Both the position numbers and the translations under genes were made by a program. DNA of 64,000 nt from Haliotis cracherodii (Eukaryota). Of this stretch, positions 38,271 through 51,572 are shown piece by piece. Location of the stretch: NCBI RefSeq assembly GCF_022045235.1, contig NW_027266330.1:1860001-1924000 (forward strand). The letters run 5' to 3'. Each line of letters starts with the position of its first letter. The stretch's first letter is position 1. The notes below the pieces were generated by a model that did no database searches, had not been told where the DNA came from, and saw only the letters and a program-made list of their open reading frames with translations.

Positions 38271-38484
38271 GTGAGTGAGTTAGGTTTAACTACGCTTTGA
38301 ACAGTATTTGCGTGATAGTTTGATGCGTGAAGAAGACGCAGGTTCTAGGCGTTTTATCACTTTGAGTAAAGTATGGTGCTGACAAACCTAGAAATACAAT
38401 CAGGGTACTGGTGAACCTGGATTCAACACCATGATCATAGAACTATGCACAGTGCACCGACACCACTGGACCACCTGTGTCCCC
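38271..38484 (-). mobile_element. SINE family 1, degenerate copy
   Basis: Shares GTATGGTGCTGACAAACCTAGAAA and the tail with the 27268-27548 copy. Confidence 0.65.
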
Positions 38485-38894
38485 ACGCTCACACATAATA
38501 CATGAATACATGAACGATGTGATGTAATGGTGATCAATCTTGCCAAACGTTATCAGATTGTGTGTGGAACATTGAGACATATTGTAAATGAAATACTATA
38601 TATACATGGGCAGAGGTGACGTCAAGGTGATACAATTAGTAAAACCTTCACGGCAGATAGTGTTCCTAGCACTTTCACAAAGGTTTAAGGATCAATTGTA
38701 TCTATATTTTTAACCGCTTTCATTTGCTATTCTGACAATGCCCTCACTCACGACCCCATAGTTCCAGATGGCATTATACGTTGGTGATGTGTTCAGTGAG
38801 GTCTTTATACAGAGAAACATGGAAATCAATAGTTGACCATAACCAAGGCGTGAACAACTATCATTTTATCATTTTCACACATCTTTCATGTTTG

Positions 38895-39172
38895 AGTGTG
38901 TGAGTGAGTTTGTTTGGTGTAGCGCCGGTTGGAACAGTATTCCAGTTACATCATGGCGTGTCAGCTTAATGTGGAGGTAAGACCGAATTGATGCAGGTGT
39001 TAGACGTTTTATCACTTTGGTGAAACCCACGAGCTGGTGCTGACAAACCTAAAAACATAATAGGGGTCAACCGACATTCGAACCCACGATCATAGGTTTC
39101 TGGCGGGGCCAAAGGGACGCAACTGTGCACAGCGAATTGCGGCACCTTAGACGACTGGGCCAACGGTGTCCC
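38895..39172 (-). mobile_element. SINE family 1 copy
   Basis: Colinear with 27268-27548. Confidence 0.8.
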
Positions 39173-42100
39173 AATTTCATGTTTAGATAGTACTCGTGAT
39201 TGGAATGACACTGCTGAATGCCATCATCAACTCATAATTGGAAAGACAATTTCAATGAACGGATTCGGCAAATGCATTTTCCTTGTGTCCTTGGCCAGTG
39301 AATAATCATCAAATTCAAGACGACAATGACTGGCCTTCACCTACGAATGCAGAGAGTAACGTGTATTTATAGAGTATTTCAAGGGTCAGCTTGTGGTATA
39401 TGATACTGCACAGAAATACAGAGGGTCACTGTTACACTCAAGTAGGTGGAACAGGTCAGGTGTTTCTCACGCTCTGGTCGTGTCAATGTAGCATTATCTT
39501 GAGTAACAGCAAGCACAACACTAAAACCTAACATTTGTTGCATCGCCTAAAATAGCTTTTTTTTCATATGTTTGTACCTTTGATACGATGGCCTCGTTTG
39601 TGCGTGAATGTAATTGAAATGTGTTGTGAATGTCTCACCAGCTTCAGAGAGATCAAGACGCTGTTGATGACTTGTTAACATCCCAGATGTTTAGCGTTTG
39701 CTCAGTATTGCTCACATGTCAAACCGTTGTCGTTATCTCAGGAAAGTGAAAATGAATATAAAACTAACATTAAAGTAATCTTGTCCGGGTAAAAAAATAT
39801 TCAAGTACGTGTAAGTTTTTCCTTCTCCACCTAGTGTGTAAAGAATTTCATGATGTTAAATAGTGACCAGTATTCTTGCAAACTTGATAACTATGATAGA
39901 TTTTGCATTACAATTATATCTCAACCATCCTTACATTTCTCACGCCTCTCAGTTATCTTCTGCAATGGACAATATTTGCATTTCGTACAGGAAATGCACA
40001 GGTCTCGTTCCATCGATGAACTGTTATGGTGCACTCACAAATTAATGGCAAGCAATAGTCTTTCAATTCTGTATTGAAACGGTGTCACTTGAGTACTATA
40101 TACTTCTGTGAAAAATTTCATTGACATCATAACAACCGCCCAACATTTACAACAGAAGTGGGGAACTGTGTTAAACATGTATCATTAAGACGTTAGCCAC
40201 TCTTGTACACGAACATAATAAAGGTAATATGTAAACAACTGTCATAGCTCAACCACTGTGACTATCACATGTCGTTTATGCGTGTATAGTAATGAATATT
40301 TTTTTAAAGCTGACGACCACACCCGACATCAACAGACAAACTGAGGTGAGACGGAAGCAGATACTCGTGATCAGCATACACTACATTAAACGACCTACGT
40401 CCCACTGGACCAGTGACTCGTCATTCAAAATTCAAATCAGTAATGGAAATACTTTCACAACAAAGGGTGTGTGCAGTGAATGTTAGTATTGCGTGTAACT
40501 GCTCTGCATGTCGCAGCAAATATACGCAGCATATGTTGTATTGCCAAGGAAAATATCAAACCCAACCCCACCACTGAACCTAGGTTGTGATTCGTGATTT
40601 TGACACTTTAGTACAAGGTCTTCAAATCGCTATTAGTATTCTTGCTTTAATGCAGTATTCGTGATCAGATTGGGAATGTCTCATCTACAACGTGATGAAC
40701 ACATTAGGTCTATTGGCATACATCAAACTGGTAGAACTCAGCAATAATTTGAATGTGTTTCAGTCTGTGATTTGTAGAACGAATGCCGGAACGACACTGC
40801 ATATTGTCCATGAATCACGAGATCCGTACTACCGAGACAACATATATCCCTAAAATATCATTGGGAGATTGATTCGGACCATGCCACGCCATATAAACGA
40901 ATATTTGACCAACCGTAAGGCCAAGACTCATTATTGATCAAGTCATCTCAAACGTTCATTTTTGGACTTCACACCCTTGTCGTCTTTCTTGGTTGTTTAC
41001 AATACACAGCCAATATGATTTGGAGACATGTTATACCTTATCCATCCATTTTCCATCACTCCTACCTATTTGCATTGCTAGAATCATCTGTTATTTTTTA
41101 ATATCCCTTACTTTTATTACAGAGTATATATTGTTCGTCAGGTAAAAATATCTTATCAATGCTCAGCACATTCCACACATCACTGATACATTGTATTTTG
41201 AACCCACTTTTATGTAGTTCAATGCAACACAAGTTCAAATAGATAAATGTGATGTCATCTTGATCTTTATTAATTTTCAATTTGTGGCATTACAGGAAAG
41301 AGAAAATGAATATCTAACCAGCATTAACTGCAAGGAAAATAACAAACACTTGTGGGCAATATAAAGTTCTAGTCAAGGTCAAATAACTGTTTTACATAAA
41401 TAAATAACTATCTTCTTCCTTCTCCTAATGTCGCGTAAGGACGTTTGTAGGAGGAAGTTACATATACATTTTCCTGATGAATAATTGGAAACCTCCGAAT
41501 GTTTCACTTTTGCCTCGTAAATATACCACGGGTTAGTTTATGATGAGCAATGTATTCCTGTTACATATTGATTCGTTACTGAAACTCCCTAAACAGATTA
41601 AGGGGAGATGGAAACGCGACTTCGAAAAAATCTAATGAAGATTTTGCTTTAAATTGTACGCTTGAATAAATCAAAACTCACACTTCAGGAAAAATATAAT
41701 ATGATTGATGTTTCTGTTTGACAGTTGTTGCATTGGTGTCATACAATAATAAGCCATCAGTCAGTATTTTCGTACGTCAGACAACTCACTAGTCAAGATA
41801 CGTAAGTAATTTAAAGGGAATCTGTCATAGAATAGTAAGCCTTTCCATATGTTACTAACAGCAAATCACCTCATAATAAAAGGCCAGTATATTCACTGGG
41901 GAAGAAATCTGCAAAAAACATTCATCAGTACTATCAAGTTTTGACTTGACATTAAATACTGACGCCATGTCCATTCCTCTTTTGTACTGGCTTCCAAAAC
42001 TCCATAGAAATTGGAACAAATCGAGATATATGAATTTGCTGGGTCCAGCAAATGAATCACCAAATACCTGTCAGAACGATTAACCATAATCCTTAATACA

Positions 42101-42946
42101 TCAAAGGAAGGGCTTAACATACATTCACAGAAAGTAGTAGAAACAAATGGAATTAACAGCATGCAGGTTCTTATAAGACCTAAAGGGTTTGCTTGACTTG
42201 TTGTGATCTGTCAAAACATTTGAAAATTTTGTACATCTCTATCTAACATGACAAACTTCAATGTTTGGCGTCATCCAATTTGTGATAATTTTCTAGTTTT
42301 AATGACAGATATGTATAGTCGATTTTTGTTTCATAATTTACAAGTTCCATAGGGCAAAGAAAATAGAGGTCATAATGCAAGAGTGTTTTATTATCATTAC
42401 CATGTATTATGAATATGGAGTGTATATGGAAGTTTATTTGTCGAAATGTTTTTCACAGAAACATCCGTGCATCGAAAAACGTAGATTTAAACGTATTGGG
42501 AAAAGCAGGCAATAGTGTATTAAGCAACGAGACATTGTATTCATGTGTGGGGCTTATTAAAAGTAATTCCTGCCAGAACACCTTATTTGCAGGTTTTGGG
42601 GAACGTATCAATATAAAAAGAGATATGTGTTCATTCTAATAATGTATTATTCTTTTCATATCAATGTATATTCCTTCAGTTCCAGTGCCAAATATGTCTT
42701 TACTCTATACGTGCATACGATAGATGTCTCATGTGATTCAGAGCGTCCGTGATAGAATGTCGCTGTGCAATAAGTCATAATATGCTTAGGGACCGACGAT
42801 TTTGATATTCTGGGGAGAAAGGCCTGGGGTTTGAAAACATTGTCCCAGGAAATGCTTGAAAAATAGTTATGCTTCAGATTGGTTAAAAGAAATAGATTGT
42901 CTGCAAAACAAAATATATCGTTGCAAGGCGTATTTTTGTAACATAA

Positions 42947-43210
42947 TTGTTTGTTTGTTTGGTGTTTAAAGCCGCACTTAGAAATATTCCAGCTATATGA
43001 AGGCGGTAGGTTAATAATCGAGTCTGGACCAGACAATCAAATGATTGACATCATGAGCATCAATCCACGCAATTGGGATCGATGACATGGATCAATCAAG
43101 ACAGTGAGCCTGAGCACCCGATCACTTTAGTCGCCTTTTACAAGCACAGTCGCCTTTTACAGTAAGCATGGGTTGCTGAAGACCTATTCTACCCCGCATC
43201 TTCACGGGTC
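42947..43210 (-). mobile_element. SINE-like repeat, family 2, with 13-bp TSD
   Basis: TTTTGTAACATAA at 42934-42946 and 43211-43223. The body is colinear with 21715-21963. Confidence 0.88.
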
Positions 43211-44082
43211 TTTTGTAACATAAATCTGTATTAGGCTCATGTGCATATATAGTCTCCATACAGCACGATTCCCCATACCACCACCAACACCACCACACAC
43301 ATATCGAATATTGAATGGCAGGTCCCCTTATATGTCACTGTCGCCTCCTTTGGAATAATATCTCTGTAAAACAGTCAATATGCATCGTGTGATATATCGT
43401 TGTTTAAAGTATTTTAAGATGAATTTCAATCTAGTTTCTTCTTTATCCATTAGAGTATTATACGCGCAATATTCACTTAATTGTCGCGTAGAATATTTAT
43501 TAACTGACGAGAAAAGGTCCTATCTCCACTCTGTGTAAAACATTACAGATTTCAGTTGTTCTTTCTTCCTCCTTGGTTTGCTTTTTGAAATATTTCTTCC
43601 GTCCCCTTTGTTGCTATTACATTGATCGGATTAGAAGATTAAATATGTTCGAAATATGTTCCATTTTTATTGAACGATATCAGACCATCGATAAACCTAT
43701 GTTACAAACACACCGACACAGGATAGGAATATATTCTCAGTTCTCTTACACTTCGCGACAAGACAATGGCTAGCAGGTAATGTTACGTGTCGACTCCCAC
43801 GTTGAAACAATATGTTAACCCAGGAATCTGTACGTAAAAGAATTTAGTGTGAAACCAAAAAAACAACCAAGAAGTGGTATACAATCAACAAATGTCTTAC
43901 AAAATTCATTAAGGTTACAAATCGATACAAATTACTACACCTCAATTACAATGACAGTAAACAATAGAGTTGTAGTACAATATTCAATGACAGCAGATAA
44001 TATGATAGCCGTGGTCAGTATCAAATATTATAGGCATGAAAGTGTAAAATATATTTAGATAATTAAAGGGAAGTTAAATCAA

Positions 44083-45035
44083 TGTTATATAAATAAGAGG
44101 GAATGTATATCAGACATTATAACAAGAATTGGCACCACCTTAGAGTGTGGGGACACACTCTCTGTCAGAACGGGGGTCGTATTATAGGCATGAATTTACA
44201 GTAATTATCAACTCATTAAGACACATATGCTAAATACATAATTGAACAATTGGAGGGGTTAAAACAGTAAGACATAGATATAAGGGAAAACTACACGTCG
44301 GAAAATATATTAAGAACAAGCGATATTCGGAGTTAACCGAAGGTTGTATATCAGAGCAAGGCGATAAGAATAACATCAGAAGGAACATATAAGTTATGAG
44401 AAGTAGAATAGGTATGAGAAGAAACCGAGATGAGACTGACCACAGATACATATATGGTATCGGGGGAATAATTCAGATTCCTGGAATTGAGGGGTTCACC
44501 TTACAAAAAGTTCTAATATGGATCTTGTTATGAAACAAGTGTAGGTTAGAATGATCTAGTGTAGGGGGGTAAAGGTGGTTGAACAATGATAGATGGAAAA
44601 ATGAGTAGAGCTGTGACGTAGGTACCGGTTTAAAAAGGGTCAAAAGCCCCAGATCGAGAGAGCGGCTGGGGAGACGACATCTGGTCTGGTGCTCCGCTCT
44701 CGGCTTGTTGTCACGATCTTTCGAACCAGAAACCAAACTTAGGCACCGGCATTTCGACTGATCCTGAAGCTTTGCGGCCGAAGACTCGTATTTAAGTGAC
44801 AAATAGAGTGGGTTGACCGGCAACACAAAGTGGGAATAAAAGCTGTTAAACGAAGATCACTCTTTGTGCTTGTTGGAGGAACTACGGTAATAGGTTCAAG
44901 GCCCTCGGGTACTGACATTGTACCTCTCGCTCATCCCTGACTGTCAGCACCAAGATCGAGGGGATTACCGCAGTTCAGGTGAAGAGGTACACGAAGTGCT
45001 ACCTTCCGATTACGCAACAATTACCGTCTATAACG
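44083..45035 (+). mobile_element. Possible solo LTR
   Basis: Begins TGTTATA and ends TATAAC(G). Internal TTTAAAAAG and AATAAA are in U3-R order. The flanks TCAA/TCAT are only a near-TSD. Confidence 0.3.
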
Positions 45036-45179
45036 TCATAATATTACCTTGGACACAAATACAAAAAATAGGGTGGTGAAAGCGAACGTCAGTGATAATA
45101 ATCCATATTCACCCATTCACCCAGTGGTCAAGCTCCCGAAATGTGCTAAGCAGGGAATCAGGGATGATGAGCGATGAGC

Positions 45180-45263
45180 GACATTGTACCCATGTCGGGA
45201 ATCGAACCCGGGTCTTTGGCGTGACGAGTGAACGCTTTAACCACTTGGCTACCCGACCGCCCC
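45180..45263 (-). mobile_element. SINE family 3, head fragment
   Basis: Matches the tRNA-like head of 51403-51572 (GGGCGGTCGGGTAGCCAAGTGG...GGTTCGATTCC). Confidence 0.75.
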
Positions 45264-45672
45264 TAATCTGATAGTGACACGACAAGGTATATTATATATA
45301 TGGAGTAGAATATATAGAATTATAAACATATTTCTTTAATTTTATTTCCAGCTAAAATTTATTTAACATCTACTTAATATTATTGAAGGTTAAAGACTTA
45401 ATACTGTATTGTTTCACGTTGATATAGTTTCAATGGAAAGTTAATTAATTTCGACAAAACCTAATGACAACACAAAACATCTAAAAATCTAAACATGCGT
45501 CTTTGAAATGCTTCATGGTTGGGCTATGGACGAGCAGCGCATCTCCCTCAGACTCAGATAATATGGTAAAATGTTCCACGTTCTATTTGTAACCACCAAT
45601 TTAATGTAAAATCTGAATATATATTTTACAAGGACGATCACTGAATGTGCACTCGTCCTGTTTCCAGTTTAG

Positions 45673-45684
45673 GAAAACGAAAGT
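45673..45684 (+). promoter_or_regulatory. ISRE/IRF-binding-like motif upstream of gene C
   Basis: GAAAACGAAAGT matches GAAANNGAAA(G/C)T and lies ~230 bp before the signal-peptide exon. Function untested. Confidence 0.4.
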
Positions 45685-45914
45685 AAAACCTTTCATCTGA
45701 GCAGTTAAGGCATGTCAGTATCTTGGGAAAGAGCATTGGTTTAATTGGATAACAAATAATTTGAAAGTATGTTTCTTTTAGTTGTATTACAGACCTCAGA
45801 TGAAACTTTGATAATGCAAGCGAACATTAACTTGTTATTATCATATCACATTTATGACTTAGGGAGTGTAAACCTCATGATGTGTTGAGATTGCATTTAC
45901 TAAGCTGTTTAAAT

Positions 45915-47700
45915 ATGGTTCATTTCCTTTTCAGGCCGCTGGGGATCTTAGTGATTACGTGTATACTTATCCCCACACAAGGTAAGCAGATGGGTTATCT
46001 ATATACATTGTGCTGGATAAGGGGTCACTTGTTGACAGCGCTTCAAGAATGTTGTTGTTATTATTATTATTATTATTGAATTAGTTGTTCAATAATGATG
46101 ATATAGTCAGTAAATTTGACTTGTAGCGTGTGAATCTATGTAGACATCATGTTCGTGTCTTAAGTTACAAAGTTCTTTGTATCAATAAGTGAATGGTGGT
46201 TTGATTCCATAAGTAAGATTTATTTGGATGACAATAGAAACTTATCAAATGTATGCCTCTGTTCAAAATATCACTCTTTAGTTATCATTACCTGGCTTAA
46301 TAGATCGATGACGTTACTACCACTACATGGCTGAAGACTGGGTACCACATCCCATGTTATGCAGCACTTTTATCTTAAACCCGACCAAATACCTTTTACG
46401 TTGCTGACTATCACAAGCGATTACGCAGCTGTCATTGGAACGGGGTTGTTGGCAACACTGTTCCAATTTATTGTTCGATCATTTACAATAACAATCATTT
46501 ATTATATATTTTTTTATTAATTCCCAGTTGCTAATTGTAAGGAAAACCAACATTGTTCCGAGTGCGATGAACAGATGGGGCGATGCAGCACACAGTGCTC
46601 TACGGGACATTTCGGCCCCAAATGCATGGGTGATTGCAGCAAGGGGTGCAGGTACCACACATGTGAGCTGATCCCGGCAAAGGTATTGAGACATGTACTG
46701 ATGGTTGCATGCCAGGATTCCAAGGCCTGAAATGCGAGAGGCCATATTACAGTACCCAGGCAGACTGTACCAGATGCCAAGGTGGATGTGATGGGGAGTA
46801 TTGTCAGATGGGTCGAACTTGTTTCTCTGGCTGCAGCGACTCATACTACGGAGCAGGATGTAGGACGTGTTCCAGCAGATGTAAGTCCTGCAACAGGATC
46901 ACAGGAACATGTGAGGAGTGTCAGCCTCCATATTCTGGACTGGACTGTAGATCCTCGTGTGAGCGCTGTGTCGGTGGATGTGACAGTGGCTGCCAACAGG
47001 GATGCAGACAAGGATTCTATGGAGACAACTGTACTGAAGCATGCAGTGACACCTGCCGAACTGATCCCTCCCCGTCTACTGATCTAGTGTGGAACCCAAA
47101 GTTCGACATCTTTGAGAAAGTTAGGGAAACGCAGTCAGTTTATATATTCATACTGGCATGGGATGTTTATTACATATTACTTTCAGACTCTCCACCAATC
47201 GACACAGAGACTGTGAAGTACCTGGTGGTGTTTGTCATCTGCATCCTGGCAGCAAGTACAGTTGGTTACTGCTGCTACCCTGAGGTCTCTCAGCCAAAGT
47301 GTACGTACTGAGCAGATAGTACACATCGATATTTTTCTATCCTACGTAAGTGGGAAAATAACTTGTTATATTCTATTCGTTTCACTACATGAAATTACAT
47401 GCGCTGTTTTACATGTTGTTTTCATGTTCGGTTTGTGTGTCTATACTATCACTATCAACACCACTAATTAAACCACCATTAAGCAAAAGTAAGATCGAAT
47501 TGTTTTAGGTGATTATAATATGTAGTTGGTGCTAATATTCATGCCTTGTCTGTTTTAGAGAGAATGCAGGTTCAGAGGTGGGAGTAGATGAAGGTGAAGC
47601 ACACCACTGTCAACACAACCTGCAGGACATACAAGGTAACCAGTCCGAAGACAATGACAGTAACGAAGGCGACACGGGACCAGTCATTGTATATCTTTAA
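45915..47700 (+). pseudogene. Gene C: frameshifted, internally deleted paralog of gene A (EGF-TM-short tail)
   Basis: Signal exon 45915 (or 45935)-45981 |GTAAGC. The EGF exon from 46528 is homologous to 1974-2530 but has a 1-bp deletion near 46670-46681, giving a stop at 46728-46730. TM exon 47187-47304; tail exon 47559-47700 ending VIVYL*; AATAAA at 47729. Confidence 0.75.
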
Positions 47701-47869
47701 TCAAACATGTAACATTCTATTCAGATAGAATAAAAAACAAACTTCATTTATTTATTTGATTTCTTTTATCAGACATTTCGTTCACTGGAACCATGTATAA
47801 CGGGAAATAAGTTCTGATTACTTTTCGTTTCGTCCCAGAACTAATTTGGAACCATGAGGTAATATTAAA

Positions 47870-48020
47870 GAGTGAATGAGTACACCGCGTTGAGCAATAC
47901 TACAGTCATATCGAGGAGGGGACTCAATATATGGGCTTCACACATTATACCAATTGGGGAATTGAACCAGGACCTTCTGTATGACGTACGAACGCTGTGA
48001 ATCACTAGGCTATCCCAACG
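47870..48020 (-). mobile_element. SINE family 3, degenerate copy
   Basis: Shares GGCTTCACACATT.TACC and CACTAGGCTA with 51403-51572. Confidence 0.6.
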
Positions 48021-48139
48021 CTCAACAACAATAGAACATGTATACATACAGATAATACAACTCTTTAAAACTGTTTTTTTGTGAAATCGTCAGGTTTGCC
48101 ATGTTACTTCAGCCATGATATTTTGAGGAGAGACAATTA

Positions 48140-48287
48140 GGAGATAAACATACAGTGTTTTGAAATTTGATGTTGTCCCTACTTTTGATCCGAGCATTTT
48201 AGCACGAGGTTTTTAAATGTATGAATAAGAGGTATCTACTCAACAGTGGGACTACATCAAATTTCAAAACGCAGGAGGCTTATCTCC
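48140..48287. repeat. Inverted repeat (~43-bp arms), likely non-autonomous element
   Basis: GGAGATAA...GTTTTGAAATTTGATGTTGTCCC pairs with GGGACTACATCAAATTTCAAAAC...TTATCTCC. Confidence 0.7.
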
Positions 48288-48487
48288 ATTCTACAATGAC
48301 GACAACAACGCTTTGAAAACGGTGCTCTCTTGCAACGTGTAACAACACAGGGCACAAAGATCCGCAATCTTAGAACATTCCGAAAAGTGGTCACATGTAG
48401 TTATATATAACAAATAATACAGTAACTACACTTCAACATTAAAATACACATAGCCTTGACTAGTTCAAAATAAGTGTTCAAAACAAA

Positions 48488-49900
48488 TACACTCTTCAAA
48501 AATAGAAACGCATAGGTAGTATGTAGTTCATTGAACCTGACCGACACGAAAAATCCGGTATATAAATTGGAAATATGTTATTGGAAAATATTTGTGGTCT
48601 GATTTTCGACAAAGGGTGCGTCAAAACACAGCCATTGTCGATTTGCAATGTCTTAAACGGCATTGTTTTCACACGTGTTAAAACATGTCATGGAGAAAAC
48701 CAGTAAAGCAAAATGCACGTGCAAGTGGTAGTGGCTATAAAAAGGCAAGCATAAGCCAATAATTTGTCATTCAATTGTCAACATTTTTCAATTTCGAAAA
48801 TGCCGAGACTCAGCGCTGTCGATCGGAACATCGCCATAGGACGTATCCAAAGAAGGGCATCGCAGTCTTCTGTTGCACGCCACTTCAACGTCCACCACAT
48901 CACCATTTGCCGCCTTTGTGACCGATACACACAGTTCAATTCCACTGCAGACCGTCAAAGAACCGGCCAACCAAGAGTTACCACCCCTGCACAGAGTCGC
49001 AACATTCGACAGTTCCACCTATGTCATCGCAATGCCACAGCTACGGAGACTGCGGGACGCATCCCTGGTTTGAAGAGGATATCGGACCAGACTGTCAGGA
49101 ACCATCTTCGCGAGGCTGGAATCCGAACCAGAAGACCAGTTATCGTCCCTGTTTTGCAACAGATCCACGCTTGCGTTGGTGCCCTACCTTACAGCCTTGG
49201 GATTTGAGACACTGGTTTGGCGATGAATCACGATTTCTTCTTCACCGGCGAGATGGAAGACAGCGTGTTTATCGTCGTTGAAATGAGCGTTTTGCCCTAC
49301 ATTGTGTACGTGAATTCGACAATTTCGGTGCCGGTAGTGCCATGGTGTGGGGGGTCATATCCTACACCATGATATATGACTTGGTTGTGGGTCAGAGAAA
49401 TTTGACAGCAAATCGCTACATGAATAAAATTCTACAGCCTCACCTTCTTCTAATCATTGACCGCACACAGCTCGTGTCACGATAAACTACCTTCATACTG
49501 CCCACATCAACGGCTTGCCCTGGCTGTCGAGATCTCCATATCTCAACCCAATCGAACACCTCTGGCATGAACTCGATCGACGTGTACGTCAACGTCAGAA
49601 CACGCCGCAGACACTCCCACAACTGGCCAACGCGTTACTCGCAGGATGGCACAGAATTCCGCAGGACAGAATTCGTACACTTATCCAGCCAGTGCCGAGG
49701 AGATGCAGAGCCGTGATTGACCTTGTCCTTATGTGGCATGACAATGAACAGTTTTTAATGCCTTTGTACAACGACAACATGTGACTATCGAACTCCAAAA
49801 TTTCGCTTTTGTATCTTTGATATTGAATTGAAAATATCGACTTGATTAGGTACAATACATTTCCTAAAAATCTACCTGTGCGTTTCTTTTTTTTATCTAT
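48488..49900 (+). mobile_element. Tc1-family DNA transposon, near full length, inactivated
   Basis: Imperfect TIRs (AAAATAGAAACGCATAGGTAG / CTACCTGTGCGTTTCTTTTT). Transposase starts at ATG 48800 (MPRLSAVDRNIAIG), with WFGDESRF and SPYLNPIEHLWHEL motifs in different frames and with stops. Confidence 0.88.
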
Positions 49901-49926
49901 AAATGGCAGTTTACATGAGATACACA

Positions 49927-50157
49927 GTGAATGAGTGAGTTAGTTTTGACGACGCTTTGAACAACATTTCATTTCTAGCATGACGTGTCAGCTTGATGTG
50001 TGAATAAAGCTGCAGGTTTAGACCTTTATCGCTTTGGTGAAACCCATGAGCGTGGGCATACGCTGAGAAACCATGAAAAATAATCACGGTGGACTTGGAT
50101 TCAAACCAATGATCATAGAATTCCGGCACTACAGACGACTGGACCATCTGTACCCCC
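49927..50157 (-). mobile_element. SINE family 1, degenerate copy
   Basis: Colinear with 38271-38484 and 27268-27548. Confidence 0.65.
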
Positions 50158-51402
50158 ACACATAAGGTAAAGAAAGGAAAGTGAATGAGAGGATATAGCG
50201 GTGGATAATGTGACATATTGTTAGTGAAATGCTACATGTCCTGATACATGAACTGGGTTGACATCAAGGTGATAAAATTATTAAAACATTCACGACAGGC
50301 AGTGTCCCCAGCACATTATTACAAGTATGAACATGGACAAAATGGACAACGTTACATGCGACATATCTTAAATCTGCCAAGGGTCTAATTGATAACGCGC
50401 ATCAGACATAATCATTTACTGTGCTGGTCAGATAGAGTCACAAACACATTTAAGGAGTTATTATCTTTATCTGTATCTACAGCTAAGTTTATCATCAGCC
50501 CTTATCAAATCACACGTACCACGTATACATCAGTGGCTGGGCAGCTATTCTCCTCCATACTCCACTTACCTCATATAAAGACCGTTATTATCAATACCTC
50601 CGTCAAAATAAATAATGTAGATAGCGTCACTAAAGTTTGCAATAACAACAAATATCTGTTTAATCAGAAAATAATATTATCTCTAGTAGCTAGAATAGGT
50701 ATAATACGGACTACACTCAGTCACTCTGTGGCTTACTAATAAACGCACTCCTTATTCACTCAGGTAAAAACGGTCCCTATCTTGTACAATGTTAAATGTT
50801 CACTGTATGCTGTTACATTTGGCAATAGCTGCAAGTTCATGTGGTTATTTGATGAAGGAGGGACGACAATCTGACAGGTCGATGAGAAGAGACGTTAATC
50901 TGATTGAAAGGAAAGAGTACACCAGCGGCAGCCTGTAGTATAATATTTCAAGCAGTGGTGCAATACATGTAGCTGGGAAAGACCCTCGCCACAACAAAAT
51001 CCTCCGTCACCTGGAGTTGTGTACACACAGTAGAGCTTAAGTAAACAGAATGTGAAACAGCTCGCATAGCTAGACGTCTTGTTAGATTAGACAAGCTGTC
51101 GATTTTCTTTCATTATTATTTGTAAAACCTACTTTGAAGTAAGCCAAAAGTATAAATATTTAGACATTTAAAGTGTTAATAATTTCTACTGTCAAAATGC
51201 TAGCCGACGGATGGAGGAAGTAATTGACTGGTATTTATTTTAATCCAAAACAAACAGCCTCCCTCACTGGGGCCACTAAACTCTATCAACTCTGTCAAGA
51301 AGGAGCACAAGTTCCATATCGGATTACATAACATTAGGAAGTGGCTTGCTTCACAAGTTGCAAATTTACTTCAGACGCCTTTGAGGTATACATTCAATCG
51401 GA

Positions 51403-51572
51403 GTGAGTGAGTGAGTGAGTATGGTTTAACGCCGCTGTTAGCAATATTCCAGCAATATCAAGGCGGGGGACACCAGCAATAGGCTTCACACATTGTACCC
51501 ATGTCGGGAATCGAGCCCGGGTCTTCAGCGTGACGAGCCAACGCTTAAACCACTAGGCTACCCGACCGCCCC
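51403..51572 (-). mobile_element. tRNA-derived SINE, family 3, full length with 13-bp TSD
   Basis: ACATTCAATCGGA at 51390-51402 and 51573-51585. A-box TAGCCTAGTGG, B-box GGCTCGATTCC, (CTCA)n tail. Confidence 0.9.

Noticed and set aside
41000-42650. Possible decayed LINE on the minus strand
   Set aside because: Only faint RT-like hints after assuming frameshifts. Not supportable without a translated search.
51403-51572. tRNA gene
   Set aside because: The A/B boxes belong to a SINE head with a non-tRNA body, a microsatellite tail and TSDs.
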